From NCBI GenBank assembly GCA_035289625.1, contig DATDWP010000028.1, positions 9,840 through 73,839 on the forward strand: a stretch of 64,000 nt of DNA, read 5' to 3'. Shown in pieces: positions 57,327-64,000 of this stretch; the first letter of the stretch is position 1, and each line of letters starts with the position of its first letter. Below the pieces are notes generated by a model. The model searched no databases, was not told where the DNA came from, and saw only the letters and a list, made by a program, of their open reading frames with translations. Both the position numbers and the translations under genes were made by a program. Source of the stretch: an archaeon (GTDB lineage Archaea > Iainarchaeota > Iainarchaeia > Iainarchaeales > Iainarchaeaceae).

Positions 57327-57698
57327 ATGCAAAAAAAAGTTTTGACAATTGTAATTGGCGGCGATATGGACAAAGATGATGCTGCGCTCTCAAGCGGCAA
57401 ACCTTTGCATAAAACCACGCAGACATCCGATATGCTATACCTTGATTCTTATGATCAGCTTTACCGGATGCTCACCCCGGAAAAATTAGATCTGTTGCAC
57501 TATCTAATGAAAACTACTATTAACAAAAAGCAAAAAAGTGTTTCACAAATAGCAGATGATCTGAAAAGAAAACAAGAAGCAGTGAGCAGGGATTTACATT
57601 ACCTGCAGAGCATCAAGCTTATTGATCTGCGAAAAGAAGGACAAAAAGTTCTTGCGAGCACCCAACTCGAAGCAATAAGCATCAAGGCAGAGGAATAA
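57327..57698 (+). CDS. Winged-HTH regulator (HVO_A0114-like antitoxin type)
   Basis: LTPEKLDLL...SVSQIADDLKRKQEAVSRDLHYL. Confidence 0.75.
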   Translation: MQKKVLTIVIGGDMDKDDAALSSGKPLHKTTQTSDMLYLDSYDQLYRMLTPEKLDLLHYLMKTTINKKQKSVSQIADDLKRKQEAVSRDLHYLQSIKLIDLRKEGQKVLASTQLEAISIKAEE

Positions 57699-57772
57699 CA
57701 ACCCCTAAAACTCAACTCTTAGGAAGACGCGAACTAGATCAAGAACCCTACAGGCAACCACAAGATTTTTGA

Positions 57773-58390
57773 ATGAGGTTACCTAATATAGATATGCCGA
57801 GTAGAAGAAGACCCAAAATTTCCCGAACTACTCGCACGGAAAAAGTTTTGGGTTTTAACCAGGACATGGTAATTAAATCTTTTAGAAGATTTTGGGAATT
57901 AGAAGGAACTGATACTACATGGAACAGGTATCAAATATGGAAAGTCCCAACAAAACCTCCAAGATATATTGTATATCTAAAAGAGCCTTGGAGAGATGAG
58001 GTGTTTGAAATTGTAAGAATGGAGGACAAAATTCAAGTTAGGTTTGTAGGGGACTTTACAAAAGATTTTGTACACCGTGAGATCAGAGACAGATCATTGC
58101 AAGGATTTGGAATCGGAAGCCTTGCAATTAGAAATTTTTTTGAAAGAGAACGGGTAATACCCCGGAAAACAAATATACAAGTTTCACAAAAAAAATCCGC
58201 TGTGAAGCTTCTTCTCAGACACGGCTATAGGTTAAACCCAGCTAAAACTCTTGTTGTCTCTCTTTTAAAGAAGCGCGGGGTTAGCACTACAGAAGAATTA
58301 GCAAAATGGGTTGAAAGGCAAGAAGAAGAGCTGCCAATTAGCATCCCCCTTATAAAAAGGTTTAGAAGGCAAAACCCCAAACCAACCTAA
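57773..58390 (+). CDS. Orphan protein with GNAT-like acetyl-CoA motif
   Basis: LQGFGIGSL (Q/RxxGxG), later 'LLRHGY'; Arg/Pro-rich termini. Confidence 0.5.
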   Translation: MRLPNIDMPSRRRPKISRTTRTEKVLGFNQDMVIKSFRRFWELEGTDTTWNRYQIWKVPTKPPRYIVYLKEPWRDEVFEIVRMEDKIQVRFVGDFTKDFVHREIRDRSLQGFGIGSLAIRNFFERERVIPRKTNIQVSQKKSAVKLLLRHGYRLNPAKTLVVSLLKKRGVSTTEELAKWVERQEEELPISIPLIKRFRRQNPKPT

Positions 58391-58406
58391 AATTCAAATG
58401 AGAACT

Positions 58407-59195
58407 TCACGCAACCCTAACCAATTTCCCGGACTTTTTTGCGCCGTTAAATGAGAACTGCAGCAGCATCCAACTCCCTACAAGCCATATTACGCTCAGA
58501 AGAATTAGTGAAAACCAATCCGCACTTGCAAGCCCAAATGGCTGTTTTATTAAATTAAATGCGTGCGAACTTGGCAAAAGAAGCGCAATGGAATGGAGCG
58601 GATCCGGGAGCAATTCTAACGGATAATAAACACCGGAAAATATCACTAAAATATCCGGAATTGTCCAGACAAGAAAAATCGCATTTTCACTGTGCGGGAA
58701 AATTATTGCAAGATTTATCAGCCCAATTGAAATCCCAAAAATAAAAAGGAAGAAAAGCGCCGCAAAAAATGAAAATGGGTCGGGGATACTAACTCCATAA
58801 GCAAAATGCATTGTAATGAAAAATAAAACCGTAACAATTGCGCACTTCAAAATCCCTGTCATAATCCCTCCCAATACAAATTCCCAAAGGCGGATTGGTG
58901 TTACTAGAAGATGAGTTAGAGAATGAGACCAAAATTCATCCATATAGCTAACAGCAATTCCCATCTGGGTTTGCTGCACAACCTGCCAACCAATCATGCC
59001 CAAAACAACCATTGCAACAACCATTGGATCATTATTTATCGCGCGCGTGAGAAATACAAAACCGAATAGAAGAGTAAGAGGCCAAATAGTTGTATCCATC
59101 AGACGAAAGAGGTTTTGCGACATCAACTTTGTGTTTTTATAAAATTGGCTATATGCCCTGCCTAAAGAATTATTCATCATCCTCACCTTCCTCAC
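58407..59195 (-). CDS. ABC-2 type transporter permease
   Basis: Six TM helices; LLVTPI, FSGVYYPL..LP. Confidence 0.9.
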   Translation of the reverse strand: MRKVRMMNNSLGRAYSQFYKNTKLMSQNLFRLMDTTIWPLTLLFGFVFLTRAINNDPMVVAMVVLGMIGWQVVQQTQMGIAVSYMDEFWSHSLTHLLVTPIRLWEFVLGGIMTGILKCAIVTVLFFITMHFAYGVSIPDPFSFFAALFFLFIFGISIGLINLAIIFPHSENAIFLVWTIPDILVIFSGVYYPLELLPDPLHSIALLLPSSHAFNLIKQPFGLASADWFSLILLSVIWLVGSWMLLQFSFNGAKKSGKLVRVA

Positions 59196-59922
59196 TTGTT
59201 AGTTTTAGGAAAACCTCTTCAAGGCCGGCTTTTGGCTTTTTTGCCAAACTTTTCAATTGTGAAATCGTCCCTAGCGCAACTATTTTTCCGCTATTAATTA
59301 GCGCGATACGATCACAGAGCTGCTCAGCTTCGCCCATGTAATGGGTGGTTAGAAGAATTGTTTTCCCTTCAACTGAGAGCTTTTTTATTAGCGCTCTTAT
59401 TTTCATCGCGCTCTTTATATCAAGCCCAACAGTCGGTTCATCAAGAAGCAAAACCTGCGGGTTTGACAAAAGCGCCTTTGCAATATAGAACCTTTGCTTA
59501 AAACCGGAAGAGAGGTTTTGCGCGACCTGATCTTTTTTTTGCGCAAGCCCTGTTTGCTCTAGCACCTCTTCAATTCTTTTTTCAAAATTCTGGACAGAGT
59601 AGAGAAGAGAGTAGTATTTCAAAAGATCTTTTACGCTAAGGCCCTGCAATAGCCCCGCAAAACCTGTAACTAAGCCAATTTCTTGCGACACTTCCTCTTT
59701 TTGTGTAAGGCAATCTTTTCCCAAAACAGTAATTTTCCCCCCATCTAATTCTATTAGCCCACAAATTGCAGAGATCAGGGTTGTTTTGCCGGCGCCATTT
59801 GGCCCCAAAAGCCCAAAAATCTCACCCTTTTCAATTTTGAAATCAACTCCGCCAAGGGCAAGAGTATCCCCGTTTTTGCCGGAGAACTTTTTTAGAGCCC
59901 CCTGCACAACAAGCGCGTCCAT
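59170..59922 (-). CDS. ABC transporter ATP-binding protein
   Basis: GPNGAGKTT, LSSG, LDEPT, TTH. Confidence 0.95.
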   Translation of the reverse strand: MDALVVQGALKKFSGKNGDTLALGGVDFKIEKGEIFGLLGPNGAGKTTLISAICGLIELDGGKITVLGKDCLTQKEEVSQEIGLVTGFAGLLQGLSVKDLLKYYSLLYSVQNFEKRIEEVLEQTGLAQKKDQVAQNLSSGFKQRFYIAKALLSNPQVLLLDEPTVGLDIKSAMKIRALIKKLSVEGKTILLTTHYMGEAEQLCDRIALINSGKIVALGTISQLKSLAKKPKAGLEEVFLKLTSEEGEDDE

Positions 59923-60095
59923 TTCAAAAATAGGCAGGTAAATGCTTTTAATTTGCGGGGTGAGAATTGGATTTAAACTAGGATAATTGAAAATAGGACT
60001 CTGAGCATCTGTTCTGGATGAAGAAAATTATCATGTGCTAAACAATTGGTCGGCTAAGTTATAAATATAAATTACTCTATTTTGTTTTAGGTCAT

Positions 60096-60610
60096 ATGAT
60101 TGAAAATATCAGAGTGAAAAAATCAGCTATTGAAGGAGAAGGGGTTTTTGCATCACAAAATTTTAAAAAAGGCGAGACAATCTGCAAAATGCGTGGGGAG
60201 AAGGTGACCTGCGAGGAACTTAAAAGCCGTTATGAAAAAGGGAAGGAGAAAATATGCAACCCTTTGCAAATAAATGAAAAGACCTATCTTGACTTGGGAG
60301 AACCTTATGTGTATGTTAATCATTCTTGCACGCCAAATTGCGGAATAAGAAAAACTGCCGAGTTGTTTGCATTAACAAACATAAATATCGGCGAAGAACT
60401 CACTTATGATTACTCCACCACAGAATGGACCTACGAAAATTTGGCAAGTACAAAGAATGGGCGATGGAATGCAACTGTAATTCAAAAAAATGCAGAGGAA
60501 CCCTTGGACAATTCCCAACACTCGACCCGAAATTAAAAAAGAGATATTATGAGGCCGGGGCACTTCAGGAATTTATCCTCAAAAAACTCGAAAAGAAAAT
60601 GTTTTCATAA
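60096..60610 (+). pseudogene. SET-domain methyltransferase split by a -1 frameshift near 60437-60443
   Basis: G.GVFA, NHSC.PN and ELTYDY in one frame; post-SET CNCNSKKCRG in the -1 frame. Confidence 0.8.
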
Positions 60611-60701
60611 TTTGACTCAGTTAAAAGTATCACCATATTGAATTACCACCCACAACAGCATCCATTTAAAAGCATTATTCGACCAAATTCTTGGTGATAC
60701 G

Positions 60702-60992
60702 ATGAAAGTCTCAGAACTAAAAGCAAGAGCTGCAATTGATGAAATTACCCTTGAAATTGTTTCAAAAGCAGAGCCAAGGCAGTGGGCAAATGAAAACGGA
60801 TCCGGAAAGGTCTGTAACTGCGCCGGCAAAGATTCAACCGGTGAAATTAGCGTAAGCCTCTGGAACGACCAGTGCGACCAGGTTGAGGAAGGAAATAAAA
60901 TCAAAATTACCGGTGGCTGGTGCTCAGAATTTCGGGGCCAATTACAGGTTTCAACAGGAAAGCAAGGAAACCTTGAAGTACTCAAGAAATGA
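60702..60992 (+). CDS. Single OB-fold ssDNA-binding protein (SSB/RPA)
   Basis: D.TGEI.VSLW, GW..EFRG.LQVSTGK.G. Confidence 0.9.
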   Translation: MKVSELKARAAIDEITLEIVSKAEPRQWANENGSGKVCNCAGKDSTGEISVSLWNDQCDQVEEGNKIKITGGWCSEFRGQLQVSTGKQGNLEVLKK

Positions 60993-61197
60993 GCTTAAAG
61001 CCCAAAATAACCACTTCTACGCATCCCTCACTTTCGAAGGGATGTTTGTGATACAAAATCGGTTGGTTTAAATACTACGTGAGCGGCATATATAGTATAC
61101 AGGATTGGATTCAACAAATACCTATTTTTGAGGTCTTTTTACAAGCCCATATAGGGGTTTGTTGCGTCTGCATCGCAAATTTAGGAGGAGAATTAAA

Positions 61198-61557
61198 ATG
61201 ATGGACAGAGGAAATAGAAGGCCAAATTCAAGATTTGGGGACATACCAGTAAAGGAAGGAGACACATACGATGTTGAAATAGAAGGAATTGGCGAAAAAG
61301 GGGACGGAATAGCAAAAATAAAAGGCTATGTAATAATTGTTCCAAACGTCAAGAAAGGTGACAAAGTCAAGGTCAAAGTCAATGCTGTAAGAGGCAAAGT
61401 GAGCTTTGGCGAAGTCATCGGAGAAGCAAGCGGAGCAGACGAAGAACAAGAAGAAAACCAAGAAGGCGAAGAGGAATCTGAAGACACCGAAGAATCTGAC
61501 GAGGAAGTGGAAGAAGAATCCGACGAGCCTACAATGGATGATGAAGAAGAAAAATAA
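61198..61557 (+). CDS. TRAM-domain RNA-binding protein with acidic tail
   Basis: PVKEGDTYDVEIEGIGEKGDGIAKIKGYVIIVP; AGGAGG RBS. Confidence 0.93.
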   Translation: MMDRGNRRPNSRFGDIPVKEGDTYDVEIEGIGEKGDGIAKIKGYVIIVPNVKKGDKVKVKVNAVRGKVSFGEVIGEASGADEEQEENQEGEEESEDTEESDEEVEEESDEPTMDDEEEK

Positions 61558-61583
61558 ATTTAGAGTAAGGGGGGTTTCACAAC

Positions 61584-61787
61584 ATGGCATCTTTAAGTGA
61601 TATAATTGGGCTTGAAGCATCTGAAAAATTCAGGCTAAAGCTCTTAAAGCAGGAATTTAAGCTAAGAAAAAAACAGCCTGAAGCCTGGACAAAAACAAAA
61701 TACAGGCCCTATGCTAACTTTCGCACCAAAAAGAAAGAAGACGAACTTATGGTCGGGGAAGCAACTATCATAAAGGCAAAAGCATAA
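61584..61787 (+). CDS. Small hypothetical protein
   Basis: 67-aa ORF with G-rich RBS-like sequence. Confidence 0.5.
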   Translation: MASLSDIIGLEASEKFRLKLLKQEFKLRKKQPEAWTKTKYRPYANFRTKKKEDELMVGEATIIKAKA

Positions 61788-61900
61788 CAACAGTTTCGTC
61801 TGTTGGGTGCGACGGTTACCCCGCAAATGCGTGGTAAGCCAAAAACCGGTTTTCCACAAAAGGAAAATCGGGACACTAATTTTTTCGAATTCTAATTACA

Positions 61901-62305
61901 CTAGATCTTGACTATAGTCTTTTCAAAAACTGGCCCTTTTATACCTGAAAGATTATGATAAGCAGGAGCATATTTATTTTTTATCAAAAATTTCTCCCAC
62001 TTTTTTAGTGGAAAAATCCTAACGCGAACAAAACCCATATCCAAAGCTTTTTGTTCCAATAAACTAAGAACTTCTGATATTGCCGCAGGATTTTTGAATG
62101 ATAAAAAACTTCGCGATAACCTTAAAACCTCCAGCGTAGGAATATTTTCAAAAGTAAAATTATAATACAAATTGTATTTGGCCCCGCTTTTTGATTTTAA
62201 CGATATTCTACTGGAGCGAAAGATGGCGCGATGGAGCATGTCCCCTAACTTATTGGCAATGCGTACTAAGCCCGGATGAAAGCGCCTTGGTGTTTGCATT
62301 AGCAC
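61901..62305 (-). CDS. Basic orphan protein
   Basis: 134-aa ORF with a Pro/Arg-rich N-terminus. Confidence 0.5.
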   Translation of the reverse strand: MLMQTPRRFHPGLVRIANKLGDMLHRAIFRSSRISLKSKSGAKYNLYYNFTFENIPTLEVLRLSRSFLSFKNPAAISEVLSLLEQKALDMGFVRVRIFPLKKWEKFLIKNKYAPAYHNLSGIKGPVFEKTIVKI

Positions 62306-62383
62306 AAATACGCCAAAACCGCTTAATAAATCAGACCAGTATTTTAAGGCTTTTTATGCACAAATAGCATTCTAAGTGATAAT

Positions 62384-63727
62384 ATGGGATTTGGAGAAAC
62401 CTTGCGAAATGCCATGGAAAAGCTGCGCAACAGCTCTTCACTTGACCGCGAAACTGTAAAGGAAGTAATAAAGGAGCTGCAGCGCGCGCTAATATCTTCT
62501 GATGTTGAGATAGCACTAGTTCTCAAACTTAGCAAGGAAATTGAAGAGGAAGCATTCAAGGATTTGCCTTCAGGAATAAACCGAAAAGAGCACATAATAA
62601 AAATTACCCACGACAAACTTGCACAAATACTTGGCGGAAAAGTAGACCCCCCGCAAAAACCTGCTAGAATTCTTCTATGCGGCTTATTTGGCGCAGGGAA
62701 AACAACAACTGCGGGAAAACTTGCAAAATGGTATTCGAAGCGAGGCCTAAAAGTTGGTTTAATTGCAGCAGACGTATTCAGGCCAGCTGCAACCGAACAA
62801 CTAAGAACACTTGCACAGAGGGCAAATGTAGAATTTTATGGAAACGAATCAGAAAAAAATGCCGCAAAAATAGTTGCCCAGGGAGTAGAAAAACTAAAAG
62901 GGTGCGACCTTATAATATGTGACAGTGCAGGGCGCAGCGCTCTTGATTTAGAGCTATCAAAAGAAATGAAAGCAATTGATTCTGTATTTGCAGCAAAAGA
63001 AAAATGGCTAGTAATTGGGGCAGACCTTGGCCAGGTTGCAAAAAAGCAAGCAGAAGCATTCCATGAAATTGTCGGGGTCAACGGAGTTATAATTACAAGA
63101 ATGGATGGTTCAGCAAAAGGCGGCGGCGCTCTTGCCGCTGCAAATAGCACTGGCGCAAAAGTGTATTTTATTGGAATCGGAGAGAAAATGGATGATTTAC
63201 AAGAATTTGATGCAACAAGATATCTTAGCAGAATCATGGGATATGGAGACTTACAATCACTACTAGAAAAGGCCCGCGAAATTGAAGATGAAGAAGGAAT
63301 ATCTGAGCAGATCCTCGAAGGCGAATTTACACTTGAAACCTTCCACCAACAAATGAAGGCTGCCCGCAAAATGGGCCCTTTGGGAAAAGTCATGGACATG
63401 ATGGGCCTTGGGCAGCAGGTACCAAAAGAGATGTCAGAAATCGGGGAGCAAAAACTAAACAAATACGGCTATATTATAGATTCGATGACAAAAAAAGAAA
63501 GGGAGAATGCTGAGACATTAAATAAGAGCAGAATAGCGCGCATTGCAAAAGGATCAGGAACAACACAAGAGAATGTGCGCGAGCTTTTAAAAAATTTCAA
63601 AAAAATGAAAAAAGTATTCAAGCAATTCAGTTCAATTGACCAGCAGAAGATAGAAGAAGGAAAGGGAGTGAATATGCAAAAGCTGCAGAAAATGTTTTCC
63701 AAAAAGAAAAAATTCAAAATCAGGTGA
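62384..63727 (+). CDS. srp54: Signal recognition particle protein SRP54
   Basis: GLFGAGKTTT, DSAGR, DGSAKGGG; M domain with SMT..ER and RIARIAKGSG. Confidence 0.97.
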   Translation: MGFGETLRNAMEKLRNSSSLDRETVKEVIKELQRALISSDVEIALVLKLSKEIEEEAFKDLPSGINRKEHIIKITHDKLAQILGGKVDPPQKPARILLCGLFGAGKTTTAGKLAKWYSKRGLKVGLIAADVFRPAATEQLRTLAQRANVEFYGNESEKNAAKIVAQGVEKLKGCDLIICDSAGRSALDLELSKEMKAIDSVFAAKEKWLVIGADLGQVAKKQAEAFHEIVGVNGVIITRMDGSAKGGGALAAANSTGAKVYFIGIGEKMDDLQEFDATRYLSRIMGYGDLQSLLEKAREIEDEEGISEQILEGEFTLETFHQQMKAARKMGPLGKVMDMMGLGQQVPKEMSEIGEQKLNKYGYIIDSMTKKERENAETLNKSRIARIAKGSGTTQENVRELLKNFKKMKKVFKQFSSIDQQKIEEGKGVNMQKLQKMFSKKKKFKIR

Positions 63728-64000
63728 TATGGATAGAAATTTTACTTATACGCGAATTTATTGTAATCCTTGCCAGTGCAATTGCAGCATACACTGATTT
63801 CAAAACAGGGTATATACATGATTGGATAACACTCCCACTAATTGCAGCAGGACTACTACTCAACCTCTATGAAGCACAATACGCAGGAATTGCCCTTGGA
63901 GCAAGTGTATTTGCAATCGGGTATATACTATACTACACCGGCAAAATTGGCGGAGGGGACGTAAAATTATTTACAGGAATAGCACTAGCACTCCCATTCT
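63724..64000 (+). CDS. Prepilin peptidase (A24), N-terminal part; runs off the window
   Basis: GTG overlaps the SRP54 stop; AAYTDFKTG and GKIGGGDVKLF (both catalytic Asp). Confidence 0.9.
   Translation, partial: MIWIEILLIREFIVILASAIAAYTDFKTGYIHDWITLPLIAAGLLLNLYEAQYAGIALGASVFAIGYILYYTGKIGGGDVKLFTGIALALPF

Overview
This is archaeal chromosomal DNA. It is gene-dense and AT-rich, with an archaeal-type information-processing gene set and short proteins, which fits a DPANN-type genome; Diapherotrites/Iainarchaeota-like is my inference. Housekeeping content: translation and ribosome genes (ABCE1, pelota, EF-1beta, S17e, S19e, L39e, L31e, LX, eIF6, Pth2, AlaX, SRP54, FtsY), tRNA processing (Elp3, Taw3, CCA enzyme, Rpp21) and DNA repair (Rad50, NurA, intein-containing HerA, Hjc, DnaG, SSB). 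It also has a type IV pilus complement (six pilin-like ORFs, two prepilin peptidases, one secretion ATPase) and four tRNA genes, two of them with introns. Most notable: (1) an accessory island at about 32.8-37.5 kb ending in an 885-bp non-autonomous element. The element has terminal inverted repeats, internal repeated motifs and a 9-bp target duplication, carries one CAP-domain gene, and sits directly after a second copy of the same end; a DDE-transposase remnant and a proteasome-like Ntn hydrolase lie nearby. (2) A degenerate family-B DNA polymerase homolog that shares an exact 17-bp upstream motif with nurA. (3) A LAGLIDADG remnant reading into tRNA-Arg. (4) A frameshifted SET-domain gene. 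(5) Recurrent intergenic tracts with about 10-bp AT/GC periodicity. All protein calls come from motif recognition by eye; no searches were run.
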